From positions 70,192 through 134,191 of IMG/VR virus record IMGVR_UViG_3300027320_000003: a stretch of DNA of 64,000 bases, one strand, 5' to 3'. Position numbers and translations under genes: made by a program. This document shows, in pieces, positions 45,763-56,377 of the stretch. Under the pieces are notes generated by a model. That model was not told the DNA's origin, made no database searches, and saw only the letters and a list, made by a program, of their open reading frames with translations. Positions within the stretch are counted from its first letter, which is position 1, and the number at the start of each line of letters is the position of its first letter. This DNA is from a virus. Its lineage: Duplodnaviria > Heunggongvirae > Uroviricota > Caudoviricetes.

Positions 45763-46467
45763 ACGATCTACGAGAGACTCGGCCATCATAGCCGCGTTAG
45801 CACCAACCTCTGGGATTAAAATACCTGCTAGAATGTCGGTCAGGTTACCACCAACAAATTCACCATCCGGTGTTAGGACCGTCTTGGCTTCCTCTGGGAT
45901 AGTCGCGAAGTCACGAGGATTGTACGTCCCTCCGTCGTCGTAGTTCCAACTGTCGTTGTTGCGGCTGGAGAAAGCTGAGGCTAGATAGGATCCATCAGCA
46001 ACCTTCCTTACCTTAAACTGCATTTTCACTTTGCGTGGAGCGTACACCCTAAAGTCAGATTGAGCGTTGCTGGGCGTAAACGAAACGCGGAGCTGTGGAT
46101 GCCGCGCCATCATTCCATCGGCGATTTTTTGAAGCTGCGGTTTGGTATCATTCTCGAGTCCAGCTAGCAACTCAGCCTTAATATCGGCTGGTGTTACTCC
46201 GTCAGGAGATACGTAGGCGATTAGCTTAGGATTAGGATTGTTGTCAACCACCGCGTCGAGGTACTTACCTGGGGCTAATGGCTTTGATAAATCGTATTCT
46301 TGAAAACGGTTGATGAAGTATATCGCCTTATCGCCATTAGTGCGCTTCGGATCATACCCGGCGTAATCAAACCGGTACAGACCAGGCGCAGGTTTACGCT
46401 TGGCGACTGGTTTAATGCCAAAACTGCGGGTATATCCAATCCAGAAGCTATCAGGGAATTCTTGCAT
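45748..46467 (-). CDS. hypothetical protein
   Basis: 239-aa minus-strand ORF. Confidence 0.4.
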   Translation of the reverse strand: MQEFPDSFWIGYTRSFGIKPVAKRKPAPGLYRFDYAGYDPKRTNGDKAIYFINRFQEYDLSKPLAPGKYLDAVVDNNPNPKLIAYVSPDGVTPADIKAELLAGLENDTKPQLQKIADGMMARHPQLRVSFTPSNAQSDFRVYAPRKVKMQFKVRKVADGSYLASAFSSRNNDSWNYDDGGTYNPRDFATIPEEAKTVLTPDGEFVGGNLTDILAGILIPEVGANAAMMAESLVDRLLSV

Positions 46468-46487
46468 ATCAATGTATTAAATACAAA

Positions 46488-46517
46488 AGAGGCCGTAGGA
46501 CGAATCCTACGGCCTCT
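46488..46517 (-). terminator. strong rho-independent terminator (minus strand)
   Basis: Perfect 12-bp stem agaggccgtagg / cctacggcctct with a 5-nt loop, followed on the minus strand by TTTTGTATTT. Confidence 0.65.
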
Positions 46518-46538
46518 AAAACTCAACTCAAACCAAGC

Positions 46539-46955
46539 TTAAGCAGCAGGGTACGTAGGAGCTGTACCGATCACAGCGCTAGAAGCACCGGTGTCAAGTC
46601 CATATCCACGTTTGAAGAGGTTGACGATGTTGAAATCGGCACCACGGAGATCTGCTTTGTTACGGATGTTCACCGATGCGTTGATCGTTGTTTTTCCGGA
46701 ACCAAAGATACCGACCGTTTTGCTAAGCAATACGAGCGATACTGTTTTGCTTCCACCAGCTTTAACTGCTTGTGAAGCTCCAAGATTGACGAATCCAGAT
46801 CCAGTCAACTCCTTGAGTTGGATGAATGCATCACCAGTACCAGTGTTATCAAAATTGATATCAAAGTTACCGAGACGTTCGCTAGCTGCCACGAGGTATC
46901 CAGCAGCCTTAGTGGCGTCTGTTCCAAGTCCAATCATACTTAATTGATTACTCAT
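46539..46955 (-). CDS. hypothetical small Gly/Ser/Thr-rich protein, likely abundant
   Basis: 138 aa. SD aaagga upstream. Immediately followed by the strong terminator. Confidence 0.45.
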   Translation of the reverse strand: MSNQLSMIGLGTDATKAAGYLVAASERLGNFDINFDNTGTGDAFIQLKELTGSGFVNLGASQAVKAGGSKTVSLVLLSKTVGIFGSGKTTINASVNIRNKADLRGADFNIVNLFKRGYGLDTGASSAVIGTAPTYPAA

Positions 46956-47015
46956 TTTATGTCCTTTGTTCTGTTGACCTTAGTGGCCCGCAGTTACTAT
47001 TAATTAAATAGGGGC

Positions 47016-47048
47016 GGTGCACGCGCTCACCGTAATTCTAGATGAATG
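47016..47048 (+). promoter_or_regulatory. partial copy of the promoter-like element (-10-like half only)
   Basis: ggggcggtgcacgcgctCACCGTAATTCTAGATG. Lacks CTTTCCA. Shares gggcggtgca with the element at 29160. Confidence 0.3.
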
Positions 47049-48245
47049 ATCGCGGACACAGATAAAAAGAAAGCAGCAATTAATCCACACTTCCATGTTG
47101 TCACCTTTAAGACTCCGGTACTATGGCAGAACGGTAAAGAAAATCACCTCTATAACCCACGTGTGCGGTATGTGGTAAATGGTGACGCTATTCGTGGTTT
47201 TCAGGATGCCCTGGAGAGTCGCAGTCTCCTATCAGGATCCACAAAACTAAATAATATCGATGCACGTGACCTCAACGGCAAGCATATTCTCGTTGAACGA
47301 CACCATAACCGCGGTATTGGCGACTTTCTGTTTATGACTGGCCCGATTAAGTGGCTGCGTTCACGTGGTGCGCAGATCCATGTCTACACCAGCAACGACA
47401 AGTTAGACTTGTTTGCCAATAACACGGACCTCTACGGTGAGATGGCCTATGCTGGTCCAATCGTTTATGACAGCCTAGACCAGTGGAATTACCATTGGTT
47501 TATTGAATCTGTCACAGAATTCTCCGGTCTCGCAGATCAGACCAACGTCTATGACAACCTGTTTAAAAAGATCGGTGTCGACCCTAAGGAGGTGCCGGCC
47601 ATCTACAAGCGACCATACCTCTACCTTGACCCAAGTTCAACAAATCACCTCACTGGTTTTCTAAACTACCTTGCCATACAGTCCGGCGAGGCGATTGGGC
47701 GGTATGTGATTGTCGCGCCATTTAGCAACAGCTCCCTCAGAAGCGCGCCATATGGATTGTGGCTTGAACTCGTATCAGAGCTGTCAAAGGATTACCATGT
47801 GTTTGTTGTTGGCTCGGCAGCTGGCGGATATGTGCCAACCACCGACATGACCTTTAAGGAATTTTACACCTCGATCAATAGACTAGCCCAGGAGAACAAG
47901 CGCATCGTAGACCTAGTCTGTGACATGGAGCTGTCGATGCTAAAGAACGTGGTATCACGAGCGAATTTCGTGGTAACTCTTGACACCGGCATTCTCTACG
48001 TAGCCCAAGCGCTCAACATCCCTGCAATCAGCCTGTGGGGTACGCACAACCCGGAGCTACGCATCGCTGACAAGAGGTATCTCGACCTAGCGATTCACAA
48101 ACGTGAGGCATGTCCATACAGCCCATGTCTGGCGTTTGAAGGTTTTCCACGTGACAAGTGTCCTACTGGAATAAACGCCACATACTGCGCACCGCTAGGT
48201 TCTGTAAGCGTGAATGACATCCTTGAGAAGGTTGAGAAGATATGA
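47046..48245 (+). CDS. GT9-family (heptosyltransferase-like) glycosyltransferase
   Basis: N-terminal RGIGDFLFMTGPIKWLR (compare GT9 ALGDVxxxxP). C-terminal VVTLDTGILYVAQALNIPAISLWGTHNP (compare DTGxxHLAAAxGxPxVxLFGPT). Confidence 0.55.
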   Translation: MIADTDKKKAAINPHFHVVTFKTPVLWQNGKENHLYNPRVRYVVNGDAIRGFQDALESRSLLSGSTKLNNIDARDLNGKHILVERHHNRGIGDFLFMTGPIKWLRSRGAQIHVYTSNDKLDLFANNTDLYGEMAYAGPIVYDSLDQWNYHWFIESVTEFSGLADQTNVYDNLFKKIGVDPKEVPAIYKRPYLYLDPSSTNHLTGFLNYLAIQSGEAIGRYVIVAPFSNSSLRSAPYGLWLELVSELSKDYHVFVVGSAAGGYVPTTDMTFKEFYTSINRLAQENKRIVDLVCDMELSMLKNVVSRANFVVTLDTGILYVAQALNIPAISLWGTHNPELRIADKRYLDLAIHKREACPYSPCLAFEGFPRDKCPTGINATYCAPLGSVSVNDILEKVEKI

Positions 48246-48595
48246 CGCTGGAGACGCTCGCGAACGTTGCCATAGCCTCTGGTGCTGCCATTGTTGCTGT
48301 ATTGGCGGCTTGCCTCTGTGTCGTTGGATTAACTCTAACCTGGAGATTTATCCGTGGCCTAGTCCGCGGTAATGACACCATTGAAGATGTAGTGACTGAA
48401 GTCACTGACGCCGTCACTAAGGCTCGTCGCAAATACAAGGTGCGGTGCGATAGTTGCCGCGAGGAATTAGGCAGAAAAGATATCGTCCAGGCAATTGCCG
48501 ATGACAAGGGTCAGTATTTTATATGCAAGTGTGGCGCCTGTGGTTCTTCGACGAAAGTTAAGCAACAGAAATTTAATGACACAAAAAACAGTTGA
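48242..48595 (+). CDS. membrane protein with C-terminal zinc ribbon
   Basis: N-terminal TM helix. CDSCREE...CKCGACGSS. Confidence 0.35.
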   Translation: MTLETLANVAIASGAAIVAVLAACLCVVGLTLTWRFIRGLVRGNDTIEDVVTEVTDAVTKARRKYKVRCDSCREELGRKDIVQAIADDKGQYFICKCGACGSSTKVKQQKFNDTKNS

Positions 48596-50450
48596 GCAGC
48601 GGTATCGTAAACTAAGTGACGTTGAACACGTCCTCATTCGTCCCGGTCGTTACCTTGGCAGCGTGAGCGAGCACAGGGCCATTACCTGGATCCCAGAGGG
48701 TGACAGGATGGTCTACCAGGAGATTACTTGGCACCCAGCGCTCCTTAAGATGTTTGACGAGATTATTTCAAACAGTGTTGACGAGAGCACCCGCAACCCA
48801 AAACTCAACGAAATCAAGGTTCAACTGGCCGCATCAGGCGAGATGAGCGTTTGGGACAACGGTGGCATACCAATCGAGAAGCACAAGGAATATGATGAGT
48901 GGATACCGGAGCTGATCTTTGGAAGTCTACGAAGTGGTAGTAACTTTGACGATACCGAGGATAGCACCGTAACAGGCCAGAACGGCGAAGGTAGCAGCCT
49001 CGTCAACATCTTTAGCAAGGAATTTAACATTGAGACCTGCGACCGGAAGAACGAATATCTTCAGACGTTCACCGAGAATAGCATGAAGCGTACGACACCG
49101 GACATCCACGCGGCCAAGAGCAAGCTCGGTTATACACGCATCTCATGGTTGCCTGACTACGACAAGTTAAAAACCTCATTCCACGATGGTAACGTGCTTA
49201 TGCTGTTTCGTCGCGTTTGGGATATTGCAGGTTGCAACCCGCATCTCAAACTTAGCATCAACGACGAACCTATTAAGGTTAATTCCTTTAAGGATTACGT
49301 AACCCGTTTCACTGACGAGTACATCTACGACGAAAACAATAACTGGATGGTAGCAGTAGGTCCAAGCGATGGCTCATTTCAGCATGTATCATTTGTCAAC
49401 AGCACCTGTACGACAACCGGTGGTACGCATGTCCAGTACCTCGCCAACGAAATCTGCAATCGCCTGCGTGATTATTTCCATAAGAAGCACAAGGTAGATG
49501 TTAAACCGAGCGAGATTCGTAACCACATCCGTCTCTATATTAACGCAAAGATTGTCAATCCACGGTATAGTTCACAGACCAAGGACGACATGATCTCCGA
49601 ACAGAAGGATTGGAAGCATGTCTTTGAGGTATCAGACAAATTTGTAAAGCAAATAACGGAGAGCAGCGTGGTTCAAAAGGTGCTAGATTGGATACAGGCT
49701 AAACTAGAGGCGCAGCGATTAGCTGAACTTCGCAAGTTAAACAAAGAGAATAGCCGCATAGACCCGCGCCGTATCGTAAAACTCACTGACGCAACAGAGC
49801 GCCAAAACCGCACGGGTTGCAGCATTTTGATCTGTGAGGGCGATTCTGCCGCTTCAGCGACGCAATCCGCCCGTGATCCACGCTGGATTGGTTGCTATCC
49901 ACTTAAGGGTAAGCCGCTAAATGTAGACGACATCGATGTAAAGAGATTGGTTGCGAATGAAGAATTTACCAACCTCATGCTAGCTATTGGACTGAGAATC
50001 GGCGAGCCAGTCAATAACATCACTGAGTTGAGATACGGTCGTATTGGATTCATGACTGACGCTGATCACGACGGTACCCATATCTGTGGCCTATTGATCA
50101 ACATGTTCTATCGGTTCTGGCCTGAGTTATTCAAGATGGGTGCGATCTACCGATTTCGTACGCCAGTAATACGCGCAACTATCGGCAAGGATGAGCATGA
50201 CTTCTTCAACGAGGATGAGTATGAGGCTTGGGTGCCGACAAAGAAACCTGATAAGGTTAAGTGGTTGAAAGGTTTGGGTTCTCATAAGACGGAGAGCTTT
50301 CGTAGGTTCTTCGCTAACATGGACCACCACCTTATTCCACTTTCAATTGATGATGCCGCTGATGTCGAGAGCATTAACCTATCTTTTAACCGCACACGTG
50401 CCGATGACCGCAAGGTTTGGCTTGATTTAACGGAGAAGTATGAACGATAG
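48576..50450 (+). CDS. type II DNA topoisomerase large subunit (GyrB/T4 gp39-like: ATPase + TOPRIM)
   Basis: N-terminal LIRPGRYLGS. Bergerat-fold motif IISNSVDES. TOPRIM motif ILICEGDSAAS. Start set at the ATG at 48576; the track start lies inside the previous gene. Confidence 0.8.
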   Translation: MTQKTVEQRYRKLSDVEHVLIRPGRYLGSVSEHRAITWIPEGDRMVYQEITWHPALLKMFDEIISNSVDESTRNPKLNEIKVQLAASGEMSVWDNGGIPIEKHKEYDEWIPELIFGSLRSGSNFDDTEDSTVTGQNGEGSSLVNIFSKEFNIETCDRKNEYLQTFTENSMKRTTPDIHAAKSKLGYTRISWLPDYDKLKTSFHDGNVLMLFRRVWDIAGCNPHLKLSINDEPIKVNSFKDYVTRFTDEYIYDENNNWMVAVGPSDGSFQHVSFVNSTCTTTGGTHVQYLANEICNRLRDYFHKKHKVDVKPSEIRNHIRLYINAKIVNPRYSSQTKDDMISEQKDWKHVFEVSDKFVKQITESSVVQKVLDWIQAKLEAQRLAELRKLNKENSRIDPRRIVKLTDATERQNRTGCSILICEGDSAASATQSARDPRWIGCYPLKGKPLNVDDIDVKRLVANEEFTNLMLAIGLRIGEPVNNITELRYGRIGFMTDADHDGTHICGLLINMFYRFWPELFKMGAIYRFRTPVIRATIGKDEHDFFNEDEYEAWVPTKKPDKVKWLKGLGSHKTESFRRFFANMDHHLIPLSIDDAADVESINLSFNRTRADDRKVWLDLTEKYER

Positions 50451-50691
50451 ATTAGAGGTTGAGGCTGGAACAGTGGAGGAACTGCACCAGAAGTATCGCG
50501 ATCTGTCGATAAGATCGTTCCACGACGAGCGGTATCACGATGCTAGCAGTAGAGTGATTCGTACATCGCTAGACTCGATACTTAAGCGACCTGACAAAAC
50601 TGGACCGTTAATCTACTTAGATATGGTTTTTATGCCGACAACGGGGGAGTACCAGTTCGGTCTTTTTAGTGTTAACGTGCAGGTAATATGA
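50440..50691 (+). CDS. hypothetical protein
   Basis: 83-aa ORF. Confidence 0.35.
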   Translation: MNDRLEVEAGTVEELHQKYRDLSIRSFHDERYHDASSRVIRTSLDSILKRPDKTGPLIYLDMVFMPTTGEYQFGLFSVNVQVI

Positions 50692-51092
50692 CACTGTTTA
50701 AAATAGGAAAGGCAATGGTGGTTGTCGACGTCATACGATCGATGGAAATAGTCGATCGTAGCATACGGATTGACTTTATGATGGGTGAATCGCAGCAGTA
50801 CCCTGTGCTAGGTCCATTCTGGGATGACGACCTAACCTCTCGTTGGAGAAGAAGATTTGTTGGCCTATGTCCATCGCATGAAAAATTCAGCATTCACCGG
50901 TATTCCTTCTATACGGAATTAGTGTCTCACAGACATCATACGCCATTCACCAATCCTGATTTATGCACTCCTGCGATGAATGCCTTCATTGATGACGTGG
51001 AACGAGAAATCTCCGAAATTGACGCCCAGGTTCAAGATGTATTCAACAAGCTGAGTGAATCCTTGGCTAACATAAAAATAATGATCGAATGA
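50688..51092 (+). CDS. hypothetical protein
   Basis: 134-aa ORF. Confidence 0.35.
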   Translation: MTLFKIGKAMVVVDVIRSMEIVDRSIRIDFMMGESQQYPVLGPFWDDDLTSRWRRRFVGLCPSHEKFSIHRYSFYTELVSHRHHTPFTNPDLCTPAMNAFIDDVEREISEIDAQVQDVFNKLSESLANIKIMIE

Positions 51093-52414
51093 AACTTACC
51101 CAATTCTTTAACACTGATTTCCGTAGCTTCTCAAACTATAACACAGAGCGCATGATCCCAAACATCTGCGATGGCTTTAAGATCAGCCAGCGCAAGGCGG
51201 TATGGGCAGCACTCAAGAAGGGTGCCATTGGGCCAAAGCGTGAGGAGAAGGTGGCCCAACTTGCGGCGTACGTTGCATCCGAGACCAACTACCATCACGG
51301 AGAGGGTTCACTCGAGTCTGTTATTGTTGGACTGGCGCAGAACTGGCCTGGTAGTAACAACGTAAATTACTTCTACCCAAACGGCCAATTTGGTAACCGG
51401 CTCAGCCCAACACCCGCTGCATCACGGTACATCTACACCTACCTAACAGAGGACTTTCGTAAGATATTCCGTGAGGAGGATGACTGCCTACTCGAATTTA
51501 ACATGAGCGAAGGCCAACCTGTTGAGCCAAAGTATTTTCTACCAATCATTCCAAATATCCTACTGAACGGTGCTGAGGGTATTGGAACAGGTTACGCCGT
51601 TAAAATCCTACCACACCGCGCCTCAGACCTTGCTAGGGCTATCGTAAAGATTCTTGACGACCAGGAGCCAGGTCAACTAACACCGTGGTTCAGAGGTTTT
51701 CGCGGGCAGGTTCAGAAGGTTAAGACTGAGGATGGGTGGCAGACAATTACTCGTGGTGTCTACGACGCTGTCCATACCACCAAGATTGAGATTGATGAAT
51801 TACCTATTGGCCTCTATCTTGATGACTACAAGGAAGTCCTGGGACGCCTCATGGACAATGACTCGATTAAAAGCTATGACGACTACAGCACCGAGGAGAA
51901 GTTTAAATTCACGGTTAATGCGCCCAGAACCACCACCGGTGTCGACAAGGAGAAGTTTGACAAGATGTTCAAGATGGTGCAGCGAAGCTCCGAGAACTAC
52001 ACGGTGTGGAACGAACGTGGCTACATCCAAGTCTTCAAATCCGCTGAGGACCTCCTTAAGACATGGGTGAAATGGCGCGTTGTAATGTACGAGAAGCGCA
52101 TCCATCGCCAAATCGAGAAGAAGACCGCCGATATTCATGCCCTGGAGGAACGCATCCGATTTGTTGACTTTTACCTAAAGAATAGTGACCAGTTTAAGCA
52201 GAAGAATAAGGAGCAGTTAAAAACCTACCTACAGGCTAACAAATTTGAGGATTGGGAGAAGCACCTTGGCATGAGAATCTGGACATTAACCGGCGAGGAA
52301 ATAGTATCATCGCAGTTAAAACTGAGGGAGGAGAACACGGAGCTCGCAAAGCTGCAGAGTAGCACGGCGGTGGCGGTTTGGAAATCCGAGCTAAAATCAC
52401 TCAGACAGGATTGA
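51089..52414 (+). CDS. type II DNA topoisomerase subunit A (GyrA/T4 gp52-like)
   Basis: MIPNICDGFKISQRKAVWAA (compare GyrA DGLKPVHRRVLYAM). Catalytic Tyr region AASRYIYTYL. Confidence 0.75.
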   Translation: MKLTQFFNTDFRSFSNYNTERMIPNICDGFKISQRKAVWAALKKGAIGPKREEKVAQLAAYVASETNYHHGEGSLESVIVGLAQNWPGSNNVNYFYPNGQFGNRLSPTPAASRYIYTYLTEDFRKIFREEDDCLLEFNMSEGQPVEPKYFLPIIPNILLNGAEGIGTGYAVKILPHRASDLARAIVKILDDQEPGQLTPWFRGFRGQVQKVKTEDGWQTITRGVYDAVHTTKIEIDELPIGLYLDDYKEVLGRLMDNDSIKSYDDYSTEEKFKFTVNAPRTTTGVDKEKFDKMFKMVQRSSENYTVWNERGYIQVFKSAEDLLKTWVKWRVVMYEKRIHRQIEKKTADIHALEERIRFVDFYLKNSDQFKQKNKEQLKTYLQANKFEDWEKHLGMRIWTLTGEEIVSSQLKLREENTELAKLQSSTAVAVWKSELKSLRQD

Positions 52415-52903
52415 TCGTTGGGCGATAACCTTGGTCCAAGCGTCAAAGATGTCCTGCCTGTCAGTAATAAAATCACCACAAACACCAGCGTGCTCCATTG
52501 ATGCTAGGTCAAAGTCATGGTGAACATACCTCATTGACAAAATTCCACCAATGACCTTCGCTACTCCTTCAAAGGATCGTATCGGATTCTGGTCGACGAG
52601 GTAATAGCCACCAACCTCCACAGGTCCTCCAACGAGCGTATTCAGGTGGTTTCTGCAGGCTATTAGGTCTTTCTTGACAACTCTTGGAAATCCGTGCATG
52701 CTCTCTAACTCATTTCCACTAACTAGAAAATCGCCGTCTATCACGTTAAATTGGCAAGGTAACCGTTTTAATCCAATAGCGGTAAGGCAGACTGAGCCTG
52801 GAACTGAGACTGTTCCATCCTGGTGAACTCTGGCATCTCTAATCCCAAAATTATCCTTTAGCTCTAATATCAGGTTGAGCGCCTTCTGCGGAAGAAAAAT
52901 CAT
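52397..52903 (-). CDS. divergent third paralog of the LRR protein family (N-domain conserved, degenerate repeats)
   Basis: QDGTVSVPGSV...LPCQFNVIDGDFLVSGNELESMHGFP...VGGPVEVGG parallels DDGTVSVDGDVNF...LPVRFREVTGNFDCAGNQLTSLAG...VGG in the other two paralogs. Confidence 0.4.
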   Translation of the reverse strand: MIFLPQKALNLILELKDNFGIRDARVHQDGTVSVPGSVCLTAIGLKRLPCQFNVIDGDFLVSGNELESMHGFPRVVKKDLIACRNHLNTLVGGPVEVGGYYLVDQNPIRSFEGVAKVIGGILSMRYVHHDFDLASMEHAGVCGDFITDRQDIFDAWTKVIAQRSILSE

Positions 52904-53268
52904 TTAGCCAGAATCTTGATATCAAGCTTAAGTCTGGTTAATTTCTTAATACATTCCTCTAGGATATAATCATTAGCGTACGCATACGCCTCCTCAGACT
53001 CCTCGGTGAGTGTCATGCCAACATACCGCATAATGGCGCACACCGCATGAAAAATCTCGTGTGCGATTTCTGGGACGAAAAGGTGATTCTTGCGCAGGAC
53101 GATTGCAAATTTATTACCAGCCGTTAGAGTTATTGCACCGTTAGAGTTATCGTCGGCCTCCCAGTTTTCCGGAGCAAAATTATGGAATTTCTCAACGAGA
53201 TGTAGATCTTTTTCAAGATCCTCGCTGTCAAGTACATGAAACCAAACCTTACGGTTGTAGGGAGGCAA
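52900..53268 (-). CDS. small HExxH putative zinc metallopeptidase (SprT/ImmA-like)
   Basis: AHEIFHAV motif. 122 aa. Confidence 0.4.
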   Translation of the reverse strand: MPPYNRKVWFHVLDSEDLEKDLHLVEKFHNFAPENWEADDNSNGAITLTAGNKFAIVLRKNHLFVPEIAHEIFHAVCAIMRYVGMTLTEESEEAYAYANDYILEECIKKLTRLKLDIKILAK

Positions 53269-53325
53269 GTTAATCGAGAAGTTTGTGTGTGTCTTCAGAT
53301 ATCCTCCATATTGTAATTATGATAG

Positions 53326-54189
53326 ATGCCTGAAAGTTCCTTCTACAGTACCCCATATGGACAAATCCCTGGGCAGTATCTAGGCCGACAAAATAATGTT
53401 GTTGGCGCTGCGACTAAGGAGACCAACGTAATTCGCGTCCACGACGAGGCGATGAAGACCTGGGTGAACAAATGCTTCATCCATGCACCAGGGTACCCAA
53501 TTCCAGCGGTTTTTGCGGATCCGATGGATGCCTTCAGCTCGTTTAAGCAGGCCTGGACTTCGAAAGAAAATCCATATAAGTACCTCACTGAACTCACTGA
53601 CAAGAGTGGAACACCGATATACTCACCGGACGTGTCAGGTATTATCTACCCGTTGATATCGATTAAGCGTGGCGGAGTCTCATTTGACGTAACACGTAAT
53701 TTTTCACCGCGAATGTTCCGCAATCTTGGTTTTCCAACCGTATCTGACGATGTCACGGATCGTGATCTTGGTAATGTACTAAGCGCCCGCATGCCGATGG
53801 GGTGGAATATCTCCTACCAGATAGACTTCTACTCAAACCGTCCAGACACCCAGGCCTACTTCTACGAGCGCCTCATGCGCGAACTCGTTCTCTCGGCGGC
53901 AACCACCGAGTTTTGGATCCCTGTTCAGTATCATGGATGGTGGGGTCAGAGACTCGTCTGCGTTCAACTCGAAGGTAATATCGAGAACAACACGGAGATT
54001 AGTAACGAGGAGGTGATGGTCTACCGTACTACCGCACAGTTTAAGGTGATGGGATGGAGAATTGATGCGCAACAGACGGTTATGCCAGCCCTGTGGACTA
54101 GCACTGTCAGCGAAAAGAGTGGATCTACGACCGTATCCTCGGAGACCACCGACCTTAGACCTGATACTGGAACACTCGTAACCGAGTAA
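53326..54189 (+). CDS. hypothetical protein (possibly structural)
   Basis: 287-aa ORF upstream of the sheath gene. Confidence 0.4.
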   Translation: MPESSFYSTPYGQIPGQYLGRQNNVVGAATKETNVIRVHDEAMKTWVNKCFIHAPGYPIPAVFADPMDAFSSFKQAWTSKENPYKYLTELTDKSGTPIYSPDVSGIIYPLISIKRGGVSFDVTRNFSPRMFRNLGFPTVSDDVTDRDLGNVLSARMPMGWNISYQIDFYSNRPDTQAYFYERLMRELVLSAATTEFWIPVQYHGWWGQRLVCVQLEGNIENNTEISNEEVMVYRTTAQFKVMGWRIDAQQTVMPALWTSTVSEKSGSTTVSSETTDLRPDTGTLVTE

Positions 54190-54263
54190 ATGCCCGGTCA
54201 ACGTATAATTAACCTGTAGGCGTATATCGCCAAAAACAAAAATAAAGAACCAGAGAACAATAT

Positions 54264-56372
54264 ATGGCATTAAAGAATTTCCCCGGAGTTTACACCACGG
54301 TAATCGACAAGAGTTCGTTTACTACAGCGGCTTCCCGCTTTCGCGCTGGACTAATTGGACCTGCAGAGAAGGGACCCTTTAATTCTCCTTTACCTGTGAG
54401 AAGCATCCGTGACTTCCAATCGAAATTCGGCAAAGGATTATCGAACAGTTACCTCGGAGTAGCAAGCCAAGTTATTGGCGGTATCTCCGACGGACTAACA
54501 GTTGTTCGTGTTGGTCGCCAGTATGTTGAAATCGCGGCAAGCAATGTCAGCGGAACAGCCGGTGCCGGTACATTTTTCACTCCAAACTACAACCTTCTCA
54601 CCGCTGGTGATTACGTTCGTATTAGCCAACTCGGCAAACCAACGACAGTTAACGCTCGCGTTGCCTCCGTCAGTTCGGTTGCAAAGTCAGTCACTCTAGT
54701 TACTACTGGAGCTGAGGCTAAGACGCTGGCTGCCACCTACACTGCAGCCGCAGTGGATAAGGCAGCTGGTGGTTATATCAATGATCCAAGCGAACAGAGT
54801 GGTGCAGCATCTGAGGCTGAATCATTCCTCGTTGCACCAACATGGGGATCAGCAATCTCCGCTGCCGGTACAGGTACTGGTGACAAAAACAGCTATGAAT
54901 TGACGATCACTGGCGGTATTACTGGTCTGGCCGTTGGAGACATGCTTCTCATCGAACAGAGCGGTAAGAACAGCACTCGTGAAATTCGAGTGAAAAGCTT
55001 GACACCTGCCTCTGGCAGTGACCTAGCCTACATTACCTTTGATTCATCCGATCGCATTGACATTGGTTATCGCGCTCTTTCTCTTCAAGACAGCTACACA
55101 GCTGCCACAATCAAGAAAATGGGAGTATCACCAACGACGGTTGCGCAGATCTATGCTCTTGAAGCTGGTACATGGGCAAATAGCACAAGCACCAAATCTG
55201 GGTTATCTGTTAAGATTTTCCCTGGTAGCGCTGCCGATACTAAACGCCTCGCTGTTTATCTTGACAGCGGGTTAGTTGAGAACTTTGACAACCTCACCTC
55301 AGCCTCTGGCACGAATTTCTACGAAACAGCTATTAATGCCGCTAGTGAGTATATCGTCATTAAGATGCTCACAAACGACCACCCACAAACAACATTGGAA
55401 CCAACATCCGGAGCATCCACAAACGTTGGATTATTCAGTGGCGGTTTTAACGGTGAAAATGTAACGATGGAAGATTATATCGGTACAGTTGATCCACAAA
55501 CCGAACTCGGTACTGGATTGAAATTGTTTGAGGATCTTGACTACACACTCGCTATCGATGTGATGGCTGCCCCTGGTGTTACGAGCTTTAGTGTCGCAAG
55601 TGAGATGAATCGCGTTTGCGGACTAATCAACGCTACATTCGCATTTGATACCCCAGACAACCTCAATGCTAAACAGGCTATTGATTGGCATAACAGCGTT
55701 GGTATCTTCAGCTCAGTTGGTAAACTTGACACGAAATACGGTCAGCTCTACTGGAACTGGTTGCAAGTTACTGATACCTTCACAGGTGCACAACGCTGGG
55801 TACCACCTTCGATCGGTGCTCTTCGTGCTCAAGCTTTCACAACCGACACGGCTCGTACATGGTACGCCGCTGCCGGTGAAGTTCGTGGATTGATCCCAGA
55901 GGCCTCCGCTGTTCGATATAGCAAAGTCTCTGAGAGCTCACGTCAAGCCTTCTACGCAGAGGGTAACGCGTTGAACCCAATCATCGTCAACCGCGGTAGC
56001 ATCATGATCTGGGGTAATCGTACGACACAACGCACTGTTACTAAACTCCAGGATGCACATGCTATCCGCCTCACAAACTATGTTGTCAATGGTCTATCAG
56101 CTATTGCACGGAAATTTGTTTGGGAGATTATCGACGACCAAATGCTTGCCTCTCTCCGTAGCCAATGTAACAGCTTTATGGAGACTATCCGCAATGAACG
56201 TGGTTTCGAGGATTACAGCGTTGTCATCGACAGTACGAACAACAGTGCAACAACTCGCAACAACCGCAATGTGCTTGTTGACATCTCCTTTGTGCCTGCC
56301 TCGATCGCAGAACGCATCTTTATCAACGCTACTGTTCGTGAGAGCGGTGCAACCCTCAACAATGTAGGATAA
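54264..56372 (+). CDS. tail sheath protein
   Basis: N-terminal NFPGVYTTVIDKS (compare sheath PGVYVEEI). C-terminal PIIVNRGSIMIWGNRT, a conserved sheath C-terminal motif. 702 aa. Confidence 0.7.
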   Translation: MALKNFPGVYTTVIDKSSFTTAASRFRAGLIGPAEKGPFNSPLPVRSIRDFQSKFGKGLSNSYLGVASQVIGGISDGLTVVRVGRQYVEIAASNVSGTAGAGTFFTPNYNLLTAGDYVRISQLGKPTTVNARVASVSSVAKSVTLVTTGAEAKTLAATYTAAAVDKAAGGYINDPSEQSGAASEAESFLVAPTWGSAISAAGTGTGDKNSYELTITGGITGLAVGDMLLIEQSGKNSTREIRVKSLTPASGSDLAYITFDSSDRIDIGYRALSLQDSYTAATIKKMGVSPTTVAQIYALEAGTWANSTSTKSGLSVKIFPGSAADTKRLAVYLDSGLVENFDNLTSASGTNFYETAINAASEYIVIKMLTNDHPQTTLEPTSGASTNVGLFSGGFNGENVTMEDYIGTVDPQTELGTGLKLFEDLDYTLAIDVMAAPGVTSFSVASEMNRVCGLINATFAFDTPDNLNAKQAIDWHNSVGIFSSVGKLDTKYGQLYWNWLQVTDTFTGAQRWVPPSIGALRAQAFTTDTARTWYAAAGEVRGLIPEASAVRYSKVSESSRQAFYAEGNALNPIIVNRGSIMIWGNRTTQRTVTKLQDAHAIRLTNYVVNGLSAIARKFVWEIIDDQMLASLRSQCNSFMETIRNERGFEDYSVVIDSTNNSATTRNNRNVLVDISFVPASIAERIFINATVRESGATLNNVG

Positions 56373-56377
56373 TCCAC

